Positions 1 to 13,400 of a DNA stretch of 24,805 bases are shown one piece after another. The stretch spans positions 1 through 24,805 of the forward strand of contig NEEC01000434.1 in NCBI GenBank assembly GCA_002189035.1, in the 5' to 3' direction. Origin of the DNA: Utricularia gibba. Its lineage: Eukaryota > Plantae > Magnoliophyta. Both the position numbers and the translations under genes were made by a program. A model generated the notes under the pieces. That model did not search any database and was not told where the DNA came from. It saw only the letters and a list, made by a program, of their open reading frames with translations. The stretch's first letter is position 1; each line of letters starts with the position of its first letter.

Positions 1-40
1 ATCCACTCGATACGAAGAGTGCACGAGGCCACCATGAGGT

Positions 41-54
41 TGTGGCTAGCCACA
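41..54. repeat. Perfect 14-bp palindrome TGTGGCTAGCCACA (variant unit)
   Basis: The sequence equals its own reverse complement. The consensus at this site is GGTGGCTAGGGACA. Confidence 0.85.
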
Positions 55-57
55 CCC

Positions 58-64
58 TGGCATC
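58..64 (+). repeat. B-type monomer junction: 7-bp TGGCATC insertion
   Basis: CACACCCTGGCATCTTAAATG here versus consensus CACACCCTTAAATG. Linked to upstream GAGGTTGTGG and downstream CATATGTC. Confidence 0.8.
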
Positions 65-1418
65 TTAAATGATCATCTCGAAATCCGAAAATTTCACATC
101 GTCCCATGAAATACATATGTCTTGCATGTCAAAAAATCACATTCGCATCGAGTCAGGTGTCCCGAGTCACATTTTCGCGAACGTGGTGGCCACTTCGTTG
201 CACATCTGAAGGCTAATATAAGGCAATCTTTCGAGCATTTGTGCAGCCTCGGACGAACAAGTTCTCAACACGAAAGAAGACCGGCTCGGAACGAGCTTCG
301 AAACGGTATGATATGTGCAACATGACTCATCACCGTTCGCAAGATATCCACTCGATACCGAAGAGTGCACGAGGCCACCATGAGGTGGTGGCTAGGGACA
401 CACCCTTAAATGATCATCTCGAAATCCAAAATTTCACATCGTCCATGAAATACATACGTCTTGCATGTCAAAAATCACATTCGCATCGAGTCAGGTGTCC
501 CGAGTCACATTTTCGCGAATGTGGTGGCCACTTCGTTGCACATCTGAAGGCTAATATAAGGCAATCTTTCGAGCATTTGTGCAGCCTCGGACGAACAAGT
601 TCTCAACACGAAAGAAGACCGGCTCGGAACGAGCTTCGAAACGGTATGATATGTGCAACATGACTCATCACCGTTCGCAAGATATCCACTCGATACCGAA
701 GAGTGCACGAGGCCACCATGAGGTGGTGGCTAGGGACACACCCTTAAATGATCATCTCGAAATCCAAAATTTCACATCGTCCCATGAAATACATACGTCT
801 TGCATGTCAAAAATCACATTCGCATCGAGTCAGGTGTCCCGAGTCACATTTTCGCGAATGTGGTGGCCACTTCGTTGCACATCTGAAGGCTAATATAAGG
901 CAATCTTTCGAGCATTTGTGCAGCCTCGGACGAACAAGTTCTCAACACGAAAGAAGACCGGCTCGGAACGAGCTTCGAAACGGTATGATATGTGCAACAT
1001 GACTCATCACCGTTCGCAAGATATCCACTCGATACCGAAGAGTGCACGAGGCCACCATGAGGTGGTGGCTAGGGACACACCCTTAAATGATCATCTCGAA
1101 ATCCAAAATTTCACATCGTCCCATGAAATACATACGTCTTGCATGTCAAAAATCACATTCGCATCGAGTCAGGTGTCCGAGTCACATTTTCGCGAATGGT
1201 GGCCACTTCGTTGCACATCTGAAGGCTAATATAAGGCAATCTTTCGAGCATTTGTGCAGCCTCGGACGAACAAGTTCTCAACACGAAAGAAGACCGGCTC
1301 GGAACGAGCTTCGAAACGGTATGATATGTGCAACATGACTCATCACCGTTCGCAAGATATCCACTCGATACCGAAGAGTGCACGAGGCCACCATGAGGTT
1401 GTGGCTAGGGACACACCC

Positions 1419-1425
1419 TGGCATC
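1419..1425 (+). repeat. B-type monomer junction: 7-bp TGGCATC insertion
   Basis: Same insertion, with GTTGTGG upstream and CCAAATTT and CATATGTC (T at 1476) downstream. Confidence 0.8.
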
Positions 1426-2775
1426 TTAAATGATCATCTCGAAATCCAAATTTCACATCGTCCATGAAATACATATGTCTTGCATGTCAAAAATCACATT
1501 CGCATCGAGTCAGGTGTCCCGAGTCACATTTTCGCGAATGTGGTGGCCACTTCGTTGCACATCTGAAGGCTAATATAAGGCAATCTTTCGAGCATTTGTG
1601 CAGCCTCGGACAAGTTCTCAACACGAAAGAAGACCGGCTCGGAACGAGCTTCGAAACGGTATGATATGTGCAACATGACTCATCACCGTTCGCAAGATAT
1701 CCACTCGATACCGAAGAGTGCACGAGGCCACCATGAGGTTGTGGCTAGGGACACACCCTTAAAATGATCATCTCGAAATCCAAATTTCACATCGTCCCAT
1801 GAAATACATACGTCTTGCATGTCAAAAATCACATTCGCATCGAGTCAGGTGTCCCGAGTCACATTTTCGCGAATGTGGTGGCCACTTCGTTGCACATCTG
1901 AAGGCTAATATAAGGCAATCTTTCGAGCATTTGTGCAGCCTCGGACGAACAAGTTCTCAACACGAAAGAAGACCGGCTCGGAACGAGCTTCGAAACGGTA
2001 TGATATGTGCAACATGACTCATCACCGTTCGCAAGATATCCACTCGATACCGAAGAGTGCACGAGGCCACCATGAGGTGGTGGCTAGGGACACACCCTTA
2101 AATGATCATCTCGAAATCCAAAATTTCACATCGTCCCATGAAATACATACGTCTTGCATGTCAAAAATCACATTCGCATCGAGTCAGGTGTCCCGAGTCA
2201 CATTTTCGCGAATGTGGTGGCCACTTCGTTGCACATCTGAAGGCTAATATAAGGCAATCTTTCGAGCATTTGTGCAGCCTCGGACGAACAAGTTCTCAAC
2301 ACGAAAGAAGACCGGCTCGGAACGAGCTTCGAAACGGTATGATATGTGCAACATGACTCATCACCGTTCGCAAGATATCCACTCGATACCGAAGAGTGCA
2401 CGAGGCCACCATGAGGTTGTGGCTAGGGACACACCCTAAATGATCATCTCGAAATCCAAAATTTCACATCGTCCCATGAAATACATACGTCTTGCATGTC
2501 AAAAATCACATTCGCATCGAGTCAGGTGTCCCGAGTCACATTTTCGCGAATGTGGTGGCCACTTCGTTGCACATCTGAAGGCTAATATAAGGCAATCTTT
2601 CGAGCATTTGTGCAGCCTCGGACGAACAAGTTCTCAACACGAAAAAGAAGACCGGCTCGGAACGAGCTTCGAAACGGTATGATATGTGCAACATGACTCA
2701 TCACCGTTCGCAAGATATCCACTCGATACCGAAGAGTGCACGAGGCCACCATGAGGTTGTGGCTAGGGACACACC

Positions 2776-2782
2776 TGGCATC
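2776..2782 (+). repeat. B-type monomer junction: 7-bp TGGCATC insertion
   Basis: Same insertion, with GTTGTGG upstream and CCAAATTT and CATATGTC (T at 2834) downstream. Confidence 0.8.
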
Positions 2783-5700
2783 TTAAATGATCATCTCGAA
2801 ATCCAAATTTCACATCGTCCCATGAAATACATATGTCTTGCATGTCAAAAATCACATTCGCATCGAGTCAGGTGTCCCGAGTCACATTTTCGCGAATGTG
2901 GTGGCCACTTCGTTGCACATCTGAAGGCTAATATAAGGCAATCTTTCGAGCATTTGTGCAGCCTCGGACGACGAACAAGTTCTCAACACGAAAGAAGACC
3001 GGCTCGGAACGAGCTTCGAAACGGTATGATATGTGCAACATGACTCATCAACGCAAGATATCCACTCGATACAAGAGTGCACGAGGCCACCATGAGGTGT
3101 GGCTAGGGACACACCCCAATGCTCGAAATCCAAAATTTCACATCGTCCATGAAATATACGTCTTGCATGTCAAAAATCACATTCGCATCGAGTCAGGTGT
3201 CCCGAGTCACTTTCGCGAATGTGGTGGCCACTTCGTTGCACATCTGAAGGCTAATATAAGGCAATCTTTCGAGCATTTGTGCAGCCTCGGACGAACAAGT
3301 TGACGAAAGAAGACCGCTCGGAACGAGCTTCGAAACGGTATGATATGTGCAACATGACTCATCACCGTTCGCAAGATATCCACTCGATACCGAAGAGTGC
3401 ACGAGGCCACCATGAGGTGTGGCTAGGGACACACCCTTCTTAAATGATCATCTCGAAATCCAAAATTTCACATCGTCCCATGAAATACATACGTCTTGCA
3501 TGTCAAAAATCACATTCGCATCGAGTCAGGTGTCCCGAGTCACATTTTCGCGAATGTGGTGGCCACTTCGTTGCACATCTGAAGGCTAATATAAGGCAAT
3601 CTTTCGAGCATTTGTGCAGCCTCGGACGAACAAGTTCTCAACACGAAAGAAGACCGGCTCGGAACGAGCTTCGAAACGGTATGATATGTGCAACATGACT
3701 CATCACCGTTCGCAAGATATCCACTCGATACCGAAGAGTGCACGAGGCCACCATGAGGTGTGGCTAGGACACACCCATCTTAAATGATCATCTCGAAATC
3801 CAAAATTTCACATCGTCCATGAAATACATACGTCTTGCATGTCAAAAATCACATTCGCATCGAGTCAGGTCCCGAGTCACATTTTCGCGAATGTGGTGGC
3901 CACTTCGTTGCACATCTGAAGGCTAATATAAGGCAATCTTTCGAGCATTTGTGCAGCTCCTCGGACGAACAAGTTCTCAACACGAAAGAAGACCGGCTCG
4001 GAACGAGCTTCGAAACGGTATGATATGTGCAACATGACTCATCACCGTTCGCAAGATATCCACTCGATACGAAGAGTGCACGAGGCCACCATGAGGTGGT
4101 GGCTAGGGACACACCCTTAAAATGATCATCTCGAAATCCAAAATTTCACATCGTCCCATGAAATACATACGTCTTGCATGTCAAAAATCACATTCGCATC
4201 GAGTCAGGTGTCCCGAGTCACATTTTCGCGAATGTGGTGGCCACTTCGTTGCACATCTGAAGGCTAATATAAGGCAATCTTTCGAGCATTTGTGCCTCGG
4301 ACGAACAAGTTCTCAACACGAAAGAAGACCGGCTCGGAACGAGCTTCGAAACGGTATGATATGTGCAACATGACTCATCACCGTTCGCAAGATATCCACT
4401 CGATACCGAAGAGTGCACGAGGCCACCATGAGGTTGTGGCTAGGGACACACCCTTAATGATCATCGAAATCCAAAATTTCACATCGTCCCATGAAATACA
4501 TACGTCTTGCATGTCAAAAATCACATTCGCATCGAGTCAGGTGTCCCGAGTCACATTTTCGCGAATGTGGTGGCCACTTCGTTGCACATCTGAAGGCTAA
4601 TATAAGGCAATCTTTCGAGCATTTGTGCAGCCTCGGACGAACAAGTTCTCAACACGAAAGAAGACCGGCTCGGAACGAGCTTCGAACGGTATGATATGTG
4701 CAACATGACTCATCACCGTTCGCAAGATATCCACTCGATACCGAAGAGTGCACGAGGCCACCATGAGGTGGTGGCTAGGGACACACCCTTAAATGATCAT
4801 CTCGAAATCCAAAATTTCACATCGTCCCATGAAATACATACGTCTTGCATGTCAAAAATCACATTCGCATCGAGTCAGGTGTCCCGAGTCACATTTCGCG
4901 AATGTGGTGGCCACTTCGTTGCACATCTGAAGGCTAATATAAGGCAATCTTTCGAGCATTTGTGCAGCCTCGGACGAACAAGTTCTCAACACGAAAGAAG
5001 ACCGGCTCGGAACGAGCTTCGAAACGGTATGATATGTGCAACATGACTCATCACCGTTCGCAAGATATCCACTCGATACCGAAGAGTGCACGAGGCCACC
5101 ATGAGGTGGTGGCTAGGGACACACCCTTAAATGATCATCTCGAAATCCAAAATTTCACATCGTCCCATGAAATACATGTCTTGCATGTCAAAAATCACAT
5201 TCGCATCGAGTCAGGTGTCCCGAGTCACATTTTCGCGAATGTGGTGGCCACTTCGTTGCACATCTGAAGGCTAATATAAGGCAATCTTTCGAGCATTTGT
5301 GCAGCCTCGGACGAACAAGTTCTCAACACGAAAGAAGACCGGCTCGGAACGAGCTTCGAAACGGTATGATATGTGCAACATGACTCATCACCGTTCGCAA
5401 GATATCCACTCGATACCGAAGAGTGCACGAGGCCACCATGAGGTGTGGCTAGGGACACACCCTTCTTAAATGATCATCTCGAAATCCAAAATTTCACATC
5501 GTCCCATGAAATACATACGTCTTGCATGTCAAAAATCACATTCGCATCGAGTCAGGTGTCCCGAGTCACATTTTCGCGAATGTGGTGGCCACTTCGTTGC
5601 ACATCTGAAGGCTAATATAAGGCAATCTTTCGAGCATTTGTGCAGCCTCGGACGAACAAGTTCTCAACACGAAAGAAGACCGGCTCGGAACGAGCTTCGA

Positions 5701-7487
5701 AACGGTATGATATGTGCAACATGACTCATCACCGTTCGCAAGATATCCACTCGATACCGAAGAGTGCACGAGGCCACCATGAGGTTGTGGCTAGGGACAC
5801 ACCCATCTTAAATGATCATCTCGAAATCCAAATTTCACATCGTCCCATGAAATACATACGTCTTGCATGTCAAAAATCACATTCGCATCGAGTCAGGTGT
5901 CCCGAGTCACATTTTCGCGAATGTGGTGGCCACTTCGTTGCACATCTGAAGGCTAATATAAGGCAATCTTTCGAGCATTTGTGCAGCCTCGGACGAACAA
6001 GTTCTCAACACGAAAGAAGACCGGCTCGGAACGAGCTTCGAAACGGTATGATATGTGCAACATGACTCATCACCGTTCGCAAGATATCCACTCGATACCG
6101 AAGAGTGCACGAGGCCACCATGAGGTGTGGCTAGGGACACACCCTTAAATGATCATCTCGAAATCCAAATTTCACATCGTCCATGAAATACATACGTCTT
6201 GCATGTCAAAAATCACATTCGCATCGAGTCAGGTGTCCCGAGTCACATTTTCGCGAATGGTGGCCACTTCGTTGCACATCTGAAGGCTAATATAAGGCAA
6301 TCTTTCGAGCATTTGTGCAGCCTCGGACGAACAAGTTCTCAACACGAAAGAAGACGGCTCGGAACGAGCTTCGAAACGGTATGATATGTGCAACATGACT
6401 CATCACCGTTCGCAAGATATCCACTCGATACCGAAGAGTGCACGAGGCCACCATGAGGTGGTGGCTAGGGACACACCCTTAAATGATCATCTCGAAATCC
6501 AAAATTTCACATCGTCCCATGAAATACATACGTCTTGCATGTCAAAAATCACATTCGCATCGAGTCAGGTGTCCCGAGTCACATTTTCGCGAATGTGGTG
6601 GCCACTTCGTTGCACATCTGAAGGCTAATATAAGGCAATCTTTCGAGCATTTGTGCCTCCTCGGACGAACAAGTTCTCAACACGAAAGAAGACCGGCTCG
6701 GAACGAGCTTCGAAACGGTATGATATGTGCAACATGACTCATCACCGTTCGCAAGATATCCACTCGATACCGAAGAGTGCACGAGGCCACCATGAGGTGT
6801 GGCTAGGGACACACCCTTAAATGATCATCTCGAAATCCAAAAATTTCACATCGTCCCATGAAATACATACGTCTTGCATGTCAAAAATCACATTCGCATC
6901 GAGTCAGGTGTCCCGAGTCACATTTCGCGAATGTGGTGGCCACTTCGTTGCACATCTGAAGGCTAATATAAGGCAATCTTTCGAGCATTTGTGCAGCCCG
7001 AACAAGTTCTCAACACGAAAGAAGACGGCTCGGAACGAGCTTCGAAACGGTATGATATGTGCAACATGACTCATCACCGTTCGCAAGATATCCACTCGAT
7101 ACCGAAGAGTGCACGAGGCCACCATGAGGTTGGTGGCTAGGGACACACCCTTAAATGATCATCTCGAAATCCAAAATTTCACATCGTCCCATGAAATACA
7201 TATGTCTTGCATGTCAAAAATCACATTCGCATCGAGTCAGGTGTCCCGAGTCACATTTTCGCGAATGTGGTGGCCACTTCGTTGCACATCTGAAGGCTAA
7301 TATAAGGCAATCTTTCGAGCATTTGTGCAGCTCGGACGAACAAGTTCTCAACACGAAAGAAGACCGGCTCGGAACGAGCTTCGAAACGGTATGATATGTG
7401 CAACATGACTCATCACCGTTCGCAAGATATCCACTCGATACCGAAGAGTGCACGAGGCCACCATGAGGTGTGGCTAGGGACACACCC

Positions 7488-7494
7488 TGGCATC
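7488..7494 (+). repeat. B-type monomer junction: 7-bp TGGCATC insertion
   Basis: Same insertion with CCAAATTT downstream. This unit keeps CATACGTC. Confidence 0.75.
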
Positions 7495-10400
7495 TTAAAT
7501 GATCATCTCGAAATCCAAATTTCACATCGTCCCATGAAATACATACGTCTTGCATGTCAAAAATCACATTCGCATCGAGTCAGGTGTCCCGAGTCACATT
7601 TTCGCGAATGTGGTGGCCACTTCGTTGCACATCTGAAGGCTAATATAAGGCAATCTTTCGAGCATTTGTGCAGCCTCGGACGAACAAGTTCTCAACACGA
7701 AAGAAGACCGGCTCGGAACGAGCTTCGAAACGGTATGATATGTGCAACATGACTCATCACCGTTCGCAAGATATCCACTCGATACCGAAGAGTGCACGAG
7801 GCCACCATGAGGTTGTGGCTAGGACACACCCCATAAATGATCATCTCGAAATCCAAATTTCACATCGTCCCATGAAATACATACGTCTTGCATGTCAAAA
7901 ATCACATTCGCATCGAGTCAGGTGTCCCGAGTCACATTTTCGCGAATGTGGTGGCCACTTCGTTGCACATCTGAAGGCTAATATAAGGCAATCTTTCGAG
8001 CATTTGTGCAGCCTCGGACGAACAAGTTCTCAACACGAAAGAAGACCGGCTCGGAACGAGCTTCGAAACGGTATGATATGTGCAACATGACTCATCACCG
8101 TTCGCAAGATATCCACTCGATACCGAAGAGTGCACGAGGCCACCATGAGGTTGTGGCTAGGGACACCCCATCTTAAATGATCATCTCGAAATCCAAATTT
8201 CACATCGTCCATGAAATACATACGTCTTGCATGTCAAAAATCACATTCGCATCGAGTCAGGTGTCCCGAGTCACATTTTCGCGAATGTGGTGGCCACTTC
8301 GTTGCACATCTGAAGGCTAATATAAGGCAATCTTTCGAGCATTTGTGCAGCTCGGACGAACAAGTTCTCAACACGAAAGAAGACCGGCTCGGAACGAGCT
8401 TCGAAACGGTATGATATGTGCAACATGACTCATCACCGTTCGCAAGATATCCACTCGATACCGAAGAGTGCACGAGGCCACCATGAGGTGGTGGCTAGGA
8501 CACACACCCTTAAATGATCATCTCGAAATCCAAAATTTCACATCGTCCCATGAAATACATACGTCTTGCATGTCAAAAATCACATTCGCATCGAGTCAGG
8601 TGTCCCGAGTCACATTTTCGCGAATGTGGTGGCCACTTCGTTGCACATCTGAAGGCTAATATAAGGCAATCTTTCGAGCATTTGTGCAGCCTCGGACGAA
8701 CAAGTTCTCAACACGAAAGAAGACCGCTCGGAACGAGCTTCGAAACGGTATGATATGTGCAACATGACTCATCACCGTTCGCAAGATATCCACTCGATAC
8801 CGAAGAGTGCACGAGGCCACCATGAGGTGTGGCTAGGGACACACCCCATCTTAAATGATCATCTCGAAATCCAAAATTTCACATCGTCCCATGAAATACA
8901 TACGTCTTGCATGTCAAAAATCACATTCGCATCGAGTCAGGTGTCCCGAGTCACATTTTCGCGAATGTGGTGGCCACTTCGTTGCACATCTGAAGGCTAA
9001 TATAAGGCAATCTTTCGAGCATTTGTGCAGCTCGGACGAACAAGTTCTCAACACGAAAGAAGACCGGCTCGGAACGAGCTTCGAAACGGTATGATATGTG
9101 CAACATGACTCATCACCGTTCGCAAGATATCCACTCGATACCGAAGAGTGCACGAGGCCACCATGAGGTGTGGCTAGGGACACACCCTTAAATGATCATC
9201 TCGAAATCCAAATTTCACATCGTCCATGAAATACATACGTCTTGCATGTCAAAAATCACATTCGCATCGAGTCAGGTGTCCCGAGTCACATTTTCGCGAA
9301 TGTGGTGGCCACTTCGTTGCACATCTGAAGGCTAATATAAGGCAATCTTTCGAGCATTTGTGCAGCCTCGGACGAACAAGTTCTCTCAACACGAAAGAAG
9401 ACCGGCTCGGAACGAGCTTCGAAACGGTATGATATGTGCAACATGACTCATCACCGTTCGCAAGATATCCACTCGATACCGAAGAGTGCACGAGGCCACC
9501 ATGAGGTGTGGCTAGGGACACACCATCTTAAATGATCATCTCGAAATCCAAAATTTCACATCGTCCATGAAATACATACGTCTTGCATGTCAAAAATCAC
9601 ATTCGCATCGAGTCAGGTGTCCCGAGTCACATTTTCGCGAATGTGGTGGCCACTTTGTTGCACATCTGAAGGCTAATATAAGGCAATCTTTCGAGCATTT
9701 GTGCAGCCTCGGACGAACAAGTTCTCAACACGAAAGAAGACCGGCTCGGAACGAGCTTCGAAACGGTATGATATGTGCAACATGACTCATCACCGTTCGC
9801 AAGATATCCACTCGATACCGAAGAGTGCACGAGGCCACCATGAGGTGTGGCTAGGGACACACACATCTTAAATGATCATCTCGAAATCCAAAATTTCACA
9901 TCGTCCCATGAAATACATACGTCTTGCATGTCAAAAATCACATTCGCATCGAGTCAGGTGTCCCGAGTCACATTTTCGCGAATGGTGGCCACTTCGTTGC
10001 ACATCTGAAGGCTAATATAAGGCAATCTTTCGAGCATTTGTGCAGCTCGGACGAACAAGTTCTCAACACGAAAGAAGACCGGCTCGGAACGAGCTTCGAA
10101 ACGGTATGATATGTGCAACATGACTCATCACCGTTCGCAAGATATCCACTCGATACCGAAGAGTGCACGAGGCCACCATGAGGTGGTGGCTAGGGACACA
10201 CCCTTAAATGATCATCTCGAAATCCAAAATTTCACATCGTCCATGAAATACATACGTCTTGCATGTCAAAAATCACATTCGCATCGAGTCAGGTGTCCCG
10301 AGTCACATTTTCGCGAATGTGGTGGCCACTTCGTTGCACATCTGAAGGCTAATATAAGGCAATCTTTCGAGCATTTGTGCAGCCTCGGACGAACAAGTTC

Positions 10401-13400
10401 TCAACACGAAAGAAGACCGGCTCGGAACGAGCTTCGAAACGGTATGATATGTGCAACATGACTCATCACCGTTCGCAAGATATCCACTCGATACCGAAGA
10501 GTGCACGAGGCCACCATGAGGTGGTGGCTAGGGACACACCTTAAATGATCATCTCGAAATCCAAAATTTCACATCGTCCCATGAAATACATACGTCTTGC
10601 ATGTCAAAAATCACATTCGCATCGAGTCAGGTGTCCCGAGTCACATTTTCGCGAATGTGGTGGCCACTTCGTTGCACATCTGAAGGCTAATATAAGGCAA
10701 TCTTTCGAGCATTTGTGCAGCCTCGGACGAACAAGTTCTCAACACGAAAGAAGACCGGCTCGGAACGAGCTTCGAAACGGTATGATATGTGCAACATGAC
10801 TCATCACCGTTCGCAAGATATCCACTCGATACCGAAGAGTGCACGAGGCCACCATGAGGTGTGGCTAGGGACACACCCTTAAATGATCATCTCGAAATCC
10901 AAAATTTCACATCGTCCATGAAATACATACGTCTTGCATGTCAAAAATCACATTCGCATCGAGTCAGGTGTCCCGAGTCACATTTTCGCGAATGTGGTGG
11001 CCACTTCGTTGCACATCTGAAGGCTAATATAAGGCAATCTTTCGAGCATTTGTGCAGCCTCGGACGAACAAGTTCTCAACACGAAAGAAGACCGGCTCGG
11101 AACGAGCTTCGAAACGGTATGATATGTGCAACATGACTCATCACCGTTCGCAAGATATCCACTCGATACCGAAGAGTGCACGAGGCCACCATGAGGTGTG
11201 GCTAGGGACACACCCATCTTAAATGATCATCTCGAAATCCAAAATTTCACATCGTCCATGAAATACATATGTCTTGCATGTCAAAAATCACATTCGCATC
11301 GAGTCAGGTGTCCCGAGTCACATTTTCGCGAATGTGGTGGCCACTTCGTTGCACATCTGAAGGCTAATATAAGGCAATCTTTCGAGCATTTGTGCAGCCT
11401 CGGACGAACAAGTTCTCAACACGAAAGAAGACCGGCTCGGAACGAGCTTCGAAACGGTATGATATGTGCAACATGACTCATCACCGTTCGCAAGATATCC
11501 ACTCGATACCGAAGAGTGCACGAGGCCACCATGAGGTTGTGGCTAGGGACACCCATCTAAATGATCATCTCGAAATCCAAATTTCACATCGTCCATGAAA
11601 TACATACGTCTTGCATGTCAAAAATCACATTCGCATCGAGTCAGGTGTCCCGAGTCACATTTTCGCGAATGTGGTGGCCACTTCGTTGCACATCTGAAGG
11701 CTAATATAAGGCAATCTTTAGCATTTGTGCCTCTCGGACGAACAAGTTCTCACACGAAAGAAGACCGGCTCGGAACGAGCTTCGAAACGGTATGCGTGCA
11801 ACATGACTCATCACCGTTTGCAAGATATCCACTCGATACCGAAGAGTGCACGAGGCCACCATGAGGTTGTGGCTAGGACACACCCATCTTAAATGATCAT
11901 CTCGAAATCCAAATTTCACATCGTCCCATGAAATACATACGTCTTGCATGTCAAAAATCACATTCGCATCGAGTCAGGTGTCCCGAGTCACATTTTCGCG
12001 AATGTGGTGGCCACTTCGTTGCACATCTGAAGGCTAATATAAGGCAATCTTTCGAGCATTTGTGCAGCCTCGGACGAACAAGTTCTCAACACGAAAGAAG
12101 ACCGGCTCGGACGAGCTTCGAAACGGTATGATATGTGCAACATGACTCATCACCGTTCGCAAGATATCCACTCGATACCGAAGAGTGCACGAGGCCACCA
12201 TGAGGTGGTGGCTAGGGACACACCTTAAATGATCATCTCGAAATCCAAAATTTCACATCGTCCCATGAAATACATACGTCTTGCATGTCAAAAATCACAT
12301 TCGCATCGAGTCAGGTGTCCCGAGTCACATTTTCGCGAATGTGGTGGCCACTTCGTTGCACATCTGAAGGCTAATATAAGGCAATCTTTCGAGCATTTGT
12401 GCAGCCTCGGACGAACAAGTTCTCAACGAAAGAAGACCGGCTCGGAACGAGCTTCGAAACGGTATGATATGTGCAACATGACTCATCACCGTTCGCAAGA
12501 TATCCACTCGATACCGAAGAGTGCACGAGCCACCATGAGGTGGTGGCTAGGGACACACCCTTAAATGATCATCTCGAAATCCAAAATTTCACATCGTCCC
12601 ATGAAATACATACGTCTTGCATGTCAAAAATCACATTCGCATCGAGTCAGGTGTCCCGAGTCACATTTTCGCGAATGTGGTGGCCACTTCGTTGCACATC
12701 TGAAGGCTAATATAAGGCAATCTTTCGAGCATTTGTGCAGCCTCGGACGAACAAGTTCTCAACACGAAAGAAGACCGGCTCGGAACGAGCTTCGAAACGG
12801 TATGATGTGCAACATGACTCATCACCGTTCGCAAGATATCCACTCGATACCGAAGAGTGCACGAGGCCACCATGAGGTGGTGGCTAGGGACACACCCTTA
12901 AATGATCATCTCGAAATCCAAAATTTCACATCGTCCCATGAAATACATACGTCTTGCATGTCAAAAATCACATTCGCATCGAGTCAGGTGTCCCGAGTCA
13001 CATTTTCGCGAATGTGGTGGCCACTTCGTTGCACATCTGAAGGCTAATATAAGGCAATCTTTCGAGCATTTGTGCAGCCTCGGACGAACAGTTCTCAACA
13101 CGAAAGAAGACCGGCTCGGAACGAGCTTCGAAACGGTATGATATGTGCAACATGACTCATCACCGTTCGCAAGATATCCACTCGATACCGAAGAGTGCAC
13201 GAGGCCACCATGAGGTTGTGGCTAGGGACACACCCATCTTAAATGATCATCTCGAAATCCAAATTTCACATCGTCCCATGAAATACATACGTCTTGCATG
13301 TCAAAAATCACATTCGCATCGAGTCAGGTGTCCCGAGTCACATTTTCGCGAATGTGGTGGCCACTTCGTTGCACATCTGAAGGCTAATATAAGGCAATCT

